From positions 240,066,001 through 240,130,000 of the forward strand of contig NC_086097.1 in NCBI RefSeq assembly GCF_963921235.1: DNA of 64,000 nt, in the 5' to 3' direction. This DNA is from Mobula hypostoma (Eukaryota). A program made the translations under genes and the position numbers. The stretch's first letter is position 1. Each line of letters starts with the position of its first letter. Below the pieces are notes generated by a model. That model ran no database searches. It was not told the DNA's origin and worked only from the letters and a program-made list of their open reading frames with translations. Shown piece after piece: positions 47,897 to 61,150 of this stretch.

Positions 47897-50770
47897 CATC
47901 AGAATCAGGTTTATTATCATCGGGATATGACGTAAAATTTGGTAACTTAGCAGCAGCAGTTCAATGCAATACATAACAGAATTAGAAAATAATAATAAAT
48001 AAATCTTATTCAGCATACTTTATACAGTGTATGTATATTGAATAGATTAATAATCATGCAAAACACAGAAATACTATATATTAAAAATAAGTGAGGTAGT
48101 GTCCAAGAGTTCAATGTCCATTTAAGAATCGGATGGCAGAGGGGAAGAAACTGTTCCTGAATCGCTAAGTGTGCGCCTTCAGGCTTCTGTACCTCCTCCC
48201 TGATGGTAACAGTGAGATGGGTGCTGGTTGTCCTTAATAAAGGACGCTGCCTTTCTGAGACACCACTCCTTGAAGGTATCCTGGGTACTTTGTGGGCTTG
48301 TACCCAAGTGGGAACTGACTAAATTTACAACCCTCTGCAGCTTCTTTCGGTCCTGTGCAGTAACCCCTCCATACCAGACAGTGATGCAGCCTGTCAGAAT
48401 GCTCTCCACAGTACATCTATAGAAGTTTTTGAGTGTATTTGTTGACATGCCAAATCTCTTCAAGCTCCTCAAAGTATAGCTGCTGTCTTGCCTTCTTTAT
48501 TACTGCATTGATATGTTGCGATCAGGTTAGATCCTCAGAGATCTTGACACCCAGGAACTTGAAACTGCTCACTCTCTCCACTTCTGATCCCTCTATGAGG
48601 AATGAGGATTGGTATGTGTTCCTTCATCTTACCCTCCATAAAGTCCGCAATCAGCTCTTTCATTTTACAGACGTTGAGTGCCAGGTTGTTGCTGCAGCAC
48701 CACTCCACGAGTTGGCATACCTCACTCCTCTACGCCTTCCCGTCACCACCTGAGATTTTTCCAAAAATGGTTGTATTGTCAACAAATTTATAGATGGTAT
48801 GTGAGCTACGCCTAGCCACACAGTCAGGTGTTTATAGAGAGTAGAGCAGTGGGCTTAGCACACACCCCTGAGGTGCACTGATGTTGATCGTCAGCGAAGA
48901 GGACATGTTATCATCAGTCAGCACAGGTTGTGGTCTTACAGCTAGGAAGTTGAGGGTCCAATTGCAGAGGGAGGCACAGAGGCCTATTTTCTATAACTTC
49001 TCAATCAGGATTGTGGGGATGATGGTATTAAATGCAGAGCTATAGTTGATGAACAACATTCTGATACAGGTGTTTGTGTTGTCCAGGTGGTCTAAAGCCG
49101 TGTGGAGAGCCATTAAGATTGCATCTGTCATTGATCTATTGTGGCGATAGGCAAATTGCAGTGGGTCCAGGTCCTTGTTGAAGCAGGAGTTCAGTCTGGT
49201 TATGACCAACCTCTCAAAGCATTTCATCATGGTAAATGTAGTGTTACCAGGCGATAGTTATTAAGTTAGCTCACATTATTCTTCTTATTCTTCTTAGGCA
49301 CTGGTATAATTGTTGCCTTTTTAAAGCAAGTGGGAAATTCCACCTGTAGCTGTGAGATGTTGAAAATGTCCTTGAATTCTTCCGTCAGTTGGTTGGCACA
49401 GGTTTTCAGAGCCTTACCAGGTATTCCATCGGGACCTTCCACCTCTTTACAGACAACCTAACATCGGCCTCTGAGACAGAGATCACAGGGTCATCAGGTG
49501 CAGCAGGGCTCTTCACAGCTGTAGTTGTGTTCTTCCTCTCAAAGCAGGCATAGAAGGTGTTGAGCTCATCAGGTAGTGAAGCATCGCAGCCATTCATGCC
49601 ATTGGGTTTAGCTTTGTAGGAAGTAATGTCTTGCAAGCCCTGCCAGAGTTGCCATGCATCTGATGTCGCCTCCAACCTCGTTCGAAATTGTCTCTTTGCC
49701 CTTGAAATAGCCCTCTGCAAATCATACCTGGTTTCTGGTACAGTCCTGGGTCACCAGACTTGAATGCTGCAGATCGAGCCTTCAGCAGACAACAGTCATC
49801 CTCGGCTTTTAGTTTGGGAATGTGCAGTAAGTCTTTGTAGGCACACACTCATCCACACAGGTTTTAATGAAGTCAGTAACAACTGTAACATACTCATCCA
49901 GGTTTGAAAATGAATCCCTGAATACAGTCCAGTCCACTGATTCAAAGCAGTCCTGTAGGCACTCCTGTGCTTCCCTTGTCCGTACCTTCTTGATCCTCAC
50001 TGCTGGTGCTGCAGTCTTCAGTCTCTGCCAATACTCTGTGAGTCAGCCAGGCGACCAGATTTCCGGAAGTGAAGATGTGGAATAGCACAGTAGGCATTCT
50101 TGATTGTGGTGTAGCAATGGTCCAGTGTGTTGTTTCCTCTGGTATTGCAAGTGATCTGTTGATGGTAATGGCTTAGTGATTTTTTTTCAGACTAGCCTGG
50201 TCAAAATTTCCCAAAACGATGGTGAAGGTATTAGGGTGCGTTGTTTCATGCATGTTGATCCCATTGCTCAGATGATCTAAAGCCTGATTGACATTGACCT
50301 GATGTAGAATGTATGCTGCTACCAAAATGACCTGGAGAACTTCCGTGGTAGGTAAAAAAGGATGGCACCTAACTGCTCGATATTCCAGGTCCGGTGAGCA
50401 GAATTGGGACAACACTGATATATTAGTGCACCAGGAAGAGTTGATTATGAGGCCAACCCCTCCACCTCTGCTTCTGAGAGAGTCTATAGATTTATCTTGA
50501 TAGTGTATCGTAAACCTATCCATCTGAATTGTTGCATCCGGTACGGAAGAGGTTAACCAGGATTCCGTGAAAGAAAGGGCACACACAGTCCTAATGTCCC
50601 TCTGATTCAACACCCTAGCTCTGAGCTCATCGATTTTATTCACCAGAGACTGTATGTTTGCCAGCAAGATAGTCGGTATAAGGAGTTTAAAACCCCAATT
50701 CCTCAAACGCACTTTGAACCCCGATCTATAGCCACGCTTGCTCCATGGGCACTTCCATCCACAGTCAGAG
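47897..50770 (-). mobile_element. Rex1/Babar LINE, near full-length, decayed
   Basis: APE endonuclease remnant PTILLANIQSLVNKIDEL...FTESWL...GGGV; RT remnants MKCFERLV, DPLQFAYR, SSAFNTI; C-terminal FYRCTVESILTGCITVWYG; (gattct)n tail. Confidence 0.92.
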
Positions 50771-50964
50771 TTGTACCTATACCTAAGCACAGATTTGTAT
50801 AGAAGAATAACACTAACATGTTTTTCTCTTTCCAATGGATGCTATCTCAAACTGTTGGAATCCGAAAGTCAACAAGTTCACTTTAGCTGCTCACTGACTC
50901 ATAATGAATTTTGGGATCTCTATTTATTCACTATGCGCCAACATTGTATAAGATGGGCAATTAT

Positions 50965-51520
50965 TGTCTTTTCATGACCATGCTTGTTCTTGGCAAATTT
51001 TTCCTACAGAAGTGGTTCACCATTGCCTTCTTCTAGGCAGTGTGTCTTTACAAGATGGCTGACCCCGGCCATTGTCAATATTCTTCAGAGATTCACAAAC
51101 AAGAGAAAATCTTAAGATGCTGGAAATCAAAGTACTAAACACAAAATGCTGGAAGAACTCAGCAGGCCAGGCAGCATCTGTGGAAAAGAGTAAACAGTTG
51201 GTATTTCGGCCCAATGAAGAGTCCTGATGAAGGATCTTGGCCTGAAATGTCAACTCTTTACTATTTTCCACAGATGCTGCCTGGCCTGCTGAGTTCCTCC
51301 AGCATGCTGTGTGTGTTACTCTTCAGAGATTGTCTGCCTGGAGTCAATGGTCACGGGACTTGTGATATGCACCAGCTGCTCATATGACCATCTACCACCT
51401 GCTCCCATGGCTTCACGTGACCCTGATCAGGGGCTAAGCAGCTACTACACCTTGCCCAAGGCTATCAGCAGGAAGAAGTGCCTTACACCTCCTTTATGGA
51501 GACATATTTCCGCCTTGCCA
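50965..51520 (-). mobile_element. SINE-like repeat with BovB/RTE-type 3' end, split by 51094-51319
   Basis: gaagtggttcaccattgccttcttc resembles the antisense RTE/BovB 3' motif. Confidence 0.45.
51094..51319. mobile_element. Miniature fold-back Penelope derivative with 12 bp TSD
   Basis: Inverted arms around a hammerhead core (ctgatga aggatcttggcct gaaa tgtc, about 51218-51256); TSD tcttcagagatt at 51082-51093 and 51320-51331. Confidence 0.88.
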
Positions 51521-52336
51521 CCTAATTTGGAATCTTACCAGAATAAAACTGAATTATTGGTACGTAATCAAATACTTGACATACCTATCTTGTGTCCAGG
51601 AGATTCTGCAGAAGCTGAAATCCAAAGTAACACACACAAACTGCTGGAGGAACTCTGCAGGTCTGGCAGCACCTGATAAACATGAGATTCCATGGATGCT
51701 AAAAATGCAGAGCTTCATAGTGCAAATTTGATTTCAGTGTCAAAATTGATGTAAAAAAGAGTATTTCCAATTAAAAGTACTGATTTGCATCTTTCACACA
51801 AAAATGATAAGATAGCATTCTACAATCCTGAGGACCCAAGTAGAACTTTTGAAAAATCCTCTAACCCCATCTGATAATAAAAACACTTGATTTAGAAAAT
51901 GAGTGTTAAAACCTTCTCTACATATAATCAATAGCAAAGAAACATGATGTACTGTCGAGCCATTCCAGCCTAATTGTTTTAAAACCAGATATTTGTAGGG
52001 TATATTGCAGCTATAAGTTTCGAAGTCTTCCTTTATTGCTTGAAAATTGAAACAAGGAAAGTTAATTCCTAATGGACATTCTACCATTGTACAGAGGTTT
52101 TGAAAGTATTAATGATTGAGAACAAGTCATTTAATTAGAATTATTAGGAAAGGATATTCATATTATGGAGATAACTTCAGCAGGCTGGAAAATATATCAG
52201 ACTTTTATCTCATTCATTCAATTTACTCCAAGAAGCAAAATTAGGTGTTGCCTCTCAATGGAGGTTACCATGTTTTGTATGCAAAGTTTTAAACTGTATC
52301 TCGGATCAATAAATGGTAAATCGAATTGACTTGGAG

Positions 52337-52845
52337 CGTAAGACCATAAGACATAGGAGCAGAATTAGGCTATTTGGCCCATCCAGTCTGCTCTGCCATT
52401 TCATCACGGCTGATTCATTTCCCTCTCAGCCTGACTCTCCTGGCTTCTCCCCATATCCCTTTTGTGCCCTGACTAATCAACAATCTATCAACCTCTGCCT
52501 TAAATATACCCAATGATTTGGCCTCCACAGCCATCTTTGGCATTGAATTCCACAGATTCACCACTATGAGGCTAAAGAAATTCCTCCTCACCTCCATTCT
52601 AATTGGATGTCCCTCTATTCTGAGACTGTGTCCTCTGGTCTTAGACTCCCCCCACTATAGGAAACATCCTCTCCACACCCACTATATCAAGGCCTTTCAG
52701 CATTCGATAAGTTTCAATTAGATCCCCCGTTCACTCTTCTGAATTCCAATGAGTACAGCCCCAGAGCCATCCAATGCTTCTGGTCACAATACTCCAGGTG
52801 CAGTCTGACCAATGCCATATAAAGCCTCTGTATTACATCTTTGCC
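52337..52845 (-). mobile_element. CR1 LINE 3' fragment
   Basis: RRNFFSLIVVNLWNSMP...FKAEVDR and 3' tail. Confidence 0.85.
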
Positions 52846-52914
52846 TGATAATTCATGTTTGGGTTGTCTATCCAGGTAAGGAGCTGCGATTTTGCTTTGC
52901 TCTTTTTAGTTATT

Positions 52915-53400
52915 CATACAACTGAATTTACAGAAAAAGTACAGAGAAAATTTACAAAGATGTTGCTGGGTCTGAAGGACCTGAGTTATAAGGAAAGATT
53001 CAATAGGTTAGGACTGTATTCTTTAAAACATAGAAGATTAAGAGGAGATTTGACAGGGTGTACAAAATCATGAGGGGTATAGATCGAGTAAATGCAAGGA
53101 GGCTTTTTCTACTGATGTTAATTGAGCTAGAACTGGAGGACTTAGTTTAAGAGTGAAAGGTGAAATGTTTAAGGGCAACATGAGGGATGAACTTTCTCAG
53201 ATGGTGAAGAGAGTGTGGAATGAGCTGCATTTGGAAGTGGTGGGAGTAGGTTCGATTTGAACATTTAAGGTACATAGATGGGAAGGGTATAGCGGGTATT
53301 GTCCAGGTGCAAGTTCATGGGACTTGGTAGAGTAGTTCGGCGTGCTGTAGATTAGTTGAAGGACCTGTTTCTGTGCAGTAGTGCTGTATGACTCCATGGC
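52915..53400 (+). mobile_element. CR1 LINE 3' fragment
   Basis: EKVQRKFTKML...LGLYSL..RRLRGDL. Confidence 0.8.
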
Positions 53401-54674
53401 TGTAATACACACTGAGGCTTTCAATTCCTCTCAGCATCTGATAAGTCCGATAGTGCATTAGGAGATGACACTCTGCAAGGAAATACAGTGCACCCTTATT
53501 TTTGCCTCCATTATCAGCATCTGAGTTTGCCCGAAGTGCAGGAATCTGAGGTTGCAAGATTAGAGAAAATTAGCTGGTAACACTGTAAGTCTTGGATCTT
53601 TTTAAAAAGGAAATTGTCAATGGAAAGAGTCAATTTCTTTCTGTGGGTGGTTACTCCCAGCAATAATGAAGTCAAAAGCAAATCCATATAAGAAAAGCTC
53701 AGGATCAGAAACTTTAAGAGTTGTTAGGAACAAAAGGTTTTTCATCACACATAATGCCCCACTTCCAATTTGATATTCTTGTAAGGTAATAAAGTATTCC
53801 TTTTCTGTTAATATGGAGAAAGCTGAAGGAAAGTCTCATCATAGCCAAGAAAACTACATTAAATTTTTGATGGTTAAGGGGAAATGCCACTCAAGGTTTC
53901 TCCTTTCCCAAATGCTGTCTAAACTACTGTGTGTTTCCAGCGCACTTTTGATTTTAGGGGACCACCAGATAAGACCCAATTTTTTTTTTTGTGGAAAATA
54001 TGAGAGGGCAGAAATAAAATAAGTTTTACATTTTCAATTCAACTCCATCATGGGCACTAGCCTCCCCAGTATCTAGGATATTTTCGAGGAGTGATGCCTC
54101 AAAATGGCAAGGACCCCCCCCCACCCTACCATCAACCAGATCATGCAGTGTTGTCATTGCTACCGTCAGAGAACCCGAAGGCACACACTCAACAATTCAG
54201 AAACAGCTTCTTCGCTGATGCCATCCAATTTCTGAATGGACATTGAGCCCATCAACACTACCTCACTACTTTTTTATTTCTTTTTTTTGCACTACTTATT
54301 TATTTTAATGATTTTATATATATATACACAGTAATTCTCAGGTTTTTTAATCATTATGTATTGCTTTGTACTGCTGCCGCAGAGACAACACATTTCACAG
54401 CATATGCTGGTGATACGAGACTTGATTCTTATTCCCACCTCTGCCGAAGACTTCATGGTCTCAGCTTATGCCAACCCAACATAACTCTTGCAGGGTCATC
54501 AATCTTTTGATCTTAGTCTCAACCTCCCATACCTAGTAGGTGGCCAATGAGCATACGTTCGCAGGCTTCTGCTGATAGAGCCCATCAGTGGCAAGATTTG
54601 GCATGTTGCTCATTCAGAGATACTCTTCTGCACACCACTGTTGTAACACCTAGTGAGTTACTGTCACCTGTCAG

Positions 54675-55410
54675 CTTTTTTCTTAATATAATTTTTATTG
54701 AGTTTTCAAAGTGAATACATGAAAAGATAGTGTCTACTCTCCCCCCCCCCTTTAACCCTTCCCCGCCAATATATACTCCTACCTGAAAAAAAAAGAAATT
54801 AGAAAAAAAAACTGCCTGGATATTGGAAGGTTTCCACATGCTCCATGGGATTCAAAATAAATTTAGTATATTTATTTATTACTTTCCCCAAGGGATCGAG
54901 ATCTTTATCATCGGAGCAACTAAATATGCCATCCTATCTTTTGTAAATAAGGGCGCCAAATATTCAAAAATGTTATATATTTATCCTTAAATTATAAGTA
55001 ATTTTTTCGAGTGGAATAGAACTAGCCATTTCATTGTTCCAATGATTCATACTTAAATACGAATCGGGTTTCCAAGTAACTGCCATAGTCTTCTTAGCTA
55101 CTGCCAATGCAATTTTTATGAATTCTTTCTGATATTTATTCAATTTAAGTTTTGGTTTTATCCCTTCAATATCATCTAATAGAAATAATACAGGGTTATG
55201 TGGAAGTTGAGTTCCAGTAATTTGTTCCAATAAGACTCTTAAATTTATCCAAAAGGCTTGAATTTTAGAACAAGACCAAGTAGAATGTAAGAAAGTACCA
55301 ATTTCTTGATTACACCAAAAGCATTGATCAGATAAATTTGAATTTAATCTATTTATTTTTTGTGGTGTAATATATAATTGGTGTAAAAAATTATATTGTA
55401 CTAATCTAAG
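54675..55410 (-). mobile_element. L1-clade LINE 3' fragment
   Basis: C..C......FLH..W.C zinc-knuckle region, then KKTMAVTWK...IPLEKITY; AATAAA and short A tail; gctt duplicated at both ends. Confidence 0.75.
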
Positions 55411-55627
55411 TGGCTTGAACCAGTCTGGCCATTTTCCTCCGACCTATCGCATTAACAAGGCATTTTTGCCCACAGAACTGCCACTCACTGGAGGTTTTTT
55501 TTGTTGTTTGCACCATTCTCTGTAAACTCTAGAGACTGTTATGCGTGGAAATCCCAGTTTCTGAGACAGCGTCTACCCCAACTGGCACCAACAATTATTC
55601 CACGGTCTGTCACTTAGATCACATTTC

Positions 55628-55746
55628 AATGGTTCAATGGTTCAACTTAATTTCAGGGAATGTATACAACCTGAAATCCTTACTCTTCTAGTCACCCATG
55701 AAACTCAAAGAATGAATGACAGAAAAATGTTAGAACCTCAAAGCCC

Positions 55747-55795
<49 letters not shown>

Positions 55796-56214
55796 TCTGC
55801 AACAGCGAGAGGGCAGGCCAACAGTTCGTTGTTTTGATTTTACAGTTGGCAACATCACAAATTTCAAGTTCACTCAATTCGAGGATCAACAGACTCTCTC
55901 TCTCTCACCATCGGTGGGGGGGCAGAAAGGAGGGGAGGAGGAGGGGGGGAGGGGGTGGGGGAGAGAGGGAGGGACAGAGAGAGAGAGAGAGAGATCACTC
56001 GAGTTCAGAGGCCTCTGACAGCCACACTCGATGTTTTGGTCTCCCATGATGCTTCAGTTGGTGATATCGACGAAGAATCAGGTTGGCTACAGAGCTCCAG
56101 AGACGCACCTGAAGGCACATGTCTTCCAAGCTGCAAACTGCTCCTGGAGATATCAGAAATGCAAGGCCACTCTGTGAGTTCCAAGGAGCAAAAATTTACC
56201 ATCTTTAGCTCCTC
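55628..56214 (-). mobile_element. Short non-autonomous retroposon, second family, with internal (GA)n
   Basis: TSD catttc at 55622-55627 and 56215-56220; head ggaggagctaaagatgg; tail (ttgaacca)n. Confidence 0.6.
55751..55790 (+). repeat. (GA)n microsatellite
   Basis: About 20 GA units. Confidence 0.95.
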
Positions 56215-56721
56215 CATTTCTTCCCCATTCTGTTATTTGGTCTGAACGATAACTGAACCACTTAATCATGTCTGTATGCTTTTATGCATTGAGGTCCTGC
56301 CATACGATTGGCTGATTTTATATTTGCATTAATGAGCAGGTGCACAGGTGTACCTAATAAAGTGGCCACTGAATGTATCTCACTATTGGCAGTATGATCT
56401 TTTAGTCATCTCACCGCAACTCTCTGAAATCTCAGTTCAACACTGCTCACAATCCTGAAAATAATAGTCACCGACTCAGGAGCAGAAATTAAATGGTACG
56501 CCTTTTCTAGCAGTTTTGAACTGCTGCTGATTGAGCTGAGGGACATCAAACAATCTCCCTCCTTTATGGCCCTGTTAATGTCATGTGATATCCAACACCA
56601 TTAACAGAGTCCCAAACCTCCTAATTTTATCACAGCACAGAATTATATTCCCCAACTTCAGCATTATCTCCTTTGAAATCCCAACATCCAACACTTGGCC
56701 AACCACCCTCCTTCATCTAAA

Positions 56722-57690
56722 ACGCATTGATGAAGGTAAAGCAGTAGATGTCGTGTATATGGATTTCAGCAAGGTGTTTGACAAGGTATCCCATGAGAAA
56801 GTAAGGAAGCATGGGATACAAAGGGACATTGCTTTGTGGATCCAGAACTGGCTTGCCCACAGAAGACACCAAGGAGTGGTTGTAGGCAGGTCATATTCTG
56901 CATGGAGGTCGGGGACCAATGGAGTGCCTCAGGGATCTGTTCTGGGACCCCTACTCTTTGTGATTTTTATAAATGACCTGGATGAAGAAGTGGAGGGATG
57001 GGTTAGTAAATTTGCTGATGACACAAAGGCTGGGGTGCTGTGGATAGTGTGGAGGGCTGTCAGAGGTTACAGAGGGACATTGACAAGATGCAAAACTGGG
57101 CTGAGAGATGGAAAATGGAGTTCAACCCAAGTAAGTGTGACGTGGTTCATTTTGGTAGGTGAAATATGACAGCAGAATATAGAATTAATGGTAAGACTCT
57201 TGGCAGTGTGGTGGATCAGAGAGATCTTGGGGTCCGAGTCCATAGGACACTTAAAGATGCTGCGCAGGTTGAATCTGTGGTTAAGAAGGCATACAGTGCA
57301 TTGGCCTTCATCAATCGTGGGATTGAGTTTAGGAGCTGAGAGGTAATGTTGCAGCTATATAGGACCCTGGTCAGACCCCACTTGGAGTACTGTGCTCAGT
57401 TCTGGTCGTCTCATTATAGGAAGGATGTGGAAACCACAGAAAGGGTGCAGAGGAGATTTACAAGGATGTTGCCAAGATTGGGGAGCATGCCTTATGAGAA
57501 TAGGTTGAGTGAACTCACCCTTTTTTTCCCTGGAATGACAGAAGATGAGAGGTGACCTGACAGAGGTGTATAAGTTGATGAAAGACATTGATAGTCAGAG
57601 GCTTTTTCCCAGGGCTGGAATGGCTAGCACGAGAGGGCACAGTTTTAAGGTGCTTGGAAGTAGGTACAAATGAGATGTCAGGGTCAGTTT
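56722..57690 (+). mobile_element. CR1 LINE RT fragment
   Basis: [35 protein letters not shown] with frameshifts. Confidence 0.9.
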
Positions 57691-57800
57691 TATAGATGCT
57701 GGAAATTCAAGCAACACACACAAAAAATGCTGGTGAACACAGAAGGCCAGGCAGCATCTATAGGAAGAAGTACAGTTGACATTTTGGGCCAAGACCCCTC

Positions 57801-58029
57801 TGAAGCACCTTCAATAACTCCAGAAGACTGAGGTTTGGTAAAATACCAAATGGCTTTTATTCGCTGAACAATACGACCTCCACGGTGAGTGTCTGCCCCC
57901 GAACTGAGGGGCAGGGGCAAGGCGAACACCTTTATACAGGACTCTGTGGGAGGAGCCACAGGGGCAGTCAGCAGAGGGGTGTGTCCAGACAGTTAACCCA
58001 GTTACAACATATATACATGGTTTACCACA
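57801..58029 (-). repeat. 3' LTR
   Basis: Direct repeat of 62154-62390 with about 10 substitutions and 2 indels counted by eye. Confidence 0.93.
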
Positions 58030-58045
58030 TTCACCCCTCCTTTTT

Positions 58046-61000
58046 TTAAAAAAGGAGTCCTGCGTGGTGAAATGACTGACAATATTTAAAACAAGTATAT
58101 TTACAGGTCAAGGCTATCAGGCAGTCGAGTCCGTCGCTGTGATCTACGTACACCGGCGGTGATTGCATCAGCGACGGCGGTTGTGCTGGCTCCGGCCTGA
58201 CTTGAGGTGCCAGCACGTTAGGCGTTGTTAATCCCTCGTGCGTGTGCGTCGCGCCTGGTATGGGAGAGTCGTGTGGTGTCTGTGTAGGGTTTGGAGTGCG
58301 CGGTGTCTCGTGGGTACATACATTGGTGGGTATGGGGTCAGTAGTCACCACGGAGTGTTCAGGGTAGGGGCCCGGAACTCCTGCGGGCGCCAGGTCGCGG
58401 ATGGAGACCGTGTCCTCCCGCCCATCAGGTAAAACCACATAGGCATACTGAGGGTTCGCATAAAGTAAGTGAACCCTCTCGACTATCGGGGAGTATTTAT
58501 TGCTCCTCACATGTTTCCGGAGCAGCTCTGGCTCTGGGGACGTCAGCCAAGTTGGTAGGGTGGTCCCAGTGGTCGACTTTCTGGGAAATTGAAAGAGTCG
58601 CTCATGAGGGGTGGCATTGGTGGCCGTGCGTAACAGGGAGCGGATGGAGTGGAGTGCCTCGGGAAGGACCTCCTGCCAGCGGGAGACCGGCAGTCCCTTT
58701 GACCTGAGGGCTAAGAGTGTGGCTTTCCACACCGTACCATTCTCCTTCTCCATCTGTCCATTCCCCCGGGGATTATAGCTTGTGGTCCTGCTAGTAACAA
58801 TCCCCCTAGCCAGTAGGTATTGGCGCAGCTCATCACTCATAAACGAGGACCTTCTGTCACTGTGGATATAGCATGGGTATCCGAACAGAGTGAAGAGCTT
58901 GCGCAGGGCTTTTATAACTGACGTGGTAGTGGTGTCGGGGAAGTGATGGCGAAGGGGAACCGCGAGTACTCGTCGATAACATTAAGAAAGTACACATTGT
59001 GTTCGGTGGAGGGAAGGGGGCCCTTAAAGTCAACACTCAGTCGCTCAAAGGGGCGGGTGGCCTTGATGAGTGGTGCCTTTTCGGGTCGGTAGAAGTGCGG
59101 TTTGCACTCTGCGCAGACTAGGCAATTCCTGGTCATCATCCTGATCTCCTCAAGGGAGTAAGGCAGGTTCCGGGCTTTCACGAAGTGGAAAAGCCAGGTG
59201 ACCCCAGGGTGGCAAAGATCTGCACGTAGGGCGTCTAGCCGGTCGATCTGCGCGCTGGCGCACGTTCCCCGGGATAGGGCATTGGAGGGCTCGTTGAGCT
59301 TCCCAGGCCTGTACACGATGTCATAGTTGTAGGTGGAGAGTTCAATTCTCCACCTCAGAATTTTATCATTTTTGATTTTGCTCCGCTGTTGGTTATTAAA
59401 CATGAATGCGACTGAGCGCTGGTCAGTTAGCAGGGTGAACCTTTTGCTGGCAAGATAGTGCCTCCAGTGCCTTATAGCTTCCACTATGGCCTGGGCCTCT
59501 TTCTCTACCGCAGAGTGCCGAATTTCAGGGCCTTGAAGGGTACGGGAGAAGAACGCCACTGGTCTTCCCGCCTGGTTGAGGGTAGCAGCCAGTGCAAAGT
59601 CGGAGGCGTCACTCTCTACTTGGAAGGGAATGGCCTCATCCACCACATGCATTGCTGCTTTGGCAATGTCCCCTTTTATGCGGTTGAAGGCCGCGTGGGC
59701 CTCGGCAGAGAGGGGGAATGTGGTGGACTTGACCAGGGGGTGGGCCTTGTCCTGCGTAGTTAGAGACCCATTGGGCGTAATATGAAAAGAAGCCCAGGCA
59801 CCTTTTGAGGGCTCTGAGGGTGCTGGGAAGAGGGAGTTCCAACAAGGGGCGCATACGGTTGGGGTCAGAGCCAATGACTCCATTCTCCACGACACACCCA
59901 AGGATAGCAAGTCGGGTGGTCCCAAATACACTCTTGTTCTTGTTATAGGTGAGGTTGAAAGATTTGGCCGCTTGGAGAAATTTTTGGAGGTTGTTGTCGT
60001 GATCCTGCCGGTCGTGACCGCAGATGGTGATGTTATCCAGATATGGGAACGTGGCCTTCAGTTGGCACTGATCCACCATCCGGTCCATTGCCCTCTGGAA
60101 GACAGATACACCATTCGTGACACTGAAGGGGACGCGCAGGAATTGATAAAGCCTGCCGTCTGCCTCGAAGGCAGTGTAAGGGCGGTCCTCCCGGCGGATG
60201 GGGAGCTGATGGTAAGCGGATTTTAGGTCTATGGTCGAGTACACCTTGTACTGTGCTATCTGATTGACCATATCCGCGATGCGGGGTAGAGGGTACGCGT
60301 CGAGCTGCGTGAACCTATTGATGGTCTGGCTATAGTCCACGACCATCCTATTCTTCTCCCCGTTCCGAACAACCACCACCTGCGCCCTCCAAGGACTTGT
60401 GCTTGCCTCAATAACCCCCTCCCTGAGCAGCCGCTGCACCTCCGACTTAATGAAAGCTCTGTCCCCCACGCTGTACCTCCTGCTTTTAGTTGCCATGGGT
60501 TTACAGTCAGGGGTCAGGTTGGCGAACAGCGGTGGGGGAGGGATCCTGAGGGTGGAGAGGCCACAAGTGGTGTCGGTAGTGCGGCATTTGGCATGGTGTT
60601 GGGTGGGATCTGCAGGTCGGTGTGTGTGTGGTCAGTAGCGGGGTACGTGACATATCTCTACAAAACAGGGGATTTATGACAGTAACTGGTGGGAGGGGCC
60701 CATCACACTTCATTGTCACGCTTTTCAGGTGGCTCTGGAAGTCGAGGTAGCACAGGGGCAGACAGTTGAGCAATAACCAGTAACGTAAAGTCTCAATATT
60801 CTGTGCCCTGCACCACTAGTGTCGCTACACAACCCCCCCCCCCACCGGATGTCTGTTGTATGCGACCCGTAAGCCATGGTGACCCTCTAACTTACCAGCC
60901 GTATCACGAGTCCGCAATGCTGCACCGTGTCCGGGTGGATAAAACTCTCCGTGCTGCCGGTGTCAAACAGGCAGCTTGTCCTGCGCCCCTCCACCAGGAT

Positions 61001-61150
61001 GTCCATCATTGACCTTGCGAGCCGGTGGGGAGCGCTTTGGTCGAGGGTCACAGAAGCCAGGGTGGGGTCGCTGTCTTGGTCCGGCTCGGTGGGGTGGCCC
61101 GTGAGCACCCGTTGGTCGTAGGCGGTGGGAGGTGGCGCCGACCAAGATGG
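58046..61150 (-). pseudogene. pol: pol (protease, RT, RNase H, integrase), frameshifted
   Basis: LFDTGS; SPWRAQVVVV, IDLKSAYHQ, YLDN; DASD...EKEAQAI...TDQRS; HPG...CxxC, VDFKGP, D.YSRF, GQMEKEN. Confidence 0.9.

Larger units (their letters stand above)
54520..56378 (-). mobile_element. Tc1-like transposon relic split by an L1 fragment and a short retroposon
   Basis: Terminus gtacctaataaagtggccactgaatgta (56349-56377); internal pieces rejoin across both insertions. Confidence 0.6.

Noticed and set aside
53436..53580. Possible plus-strand internal exon (acceptor ...ctctcag, about 47 open codons, gtaaca donor)
   Set aside because: The peptide is unrecognisable, the donor is weak and there are no partner exons; expected by chance in 64 kb.
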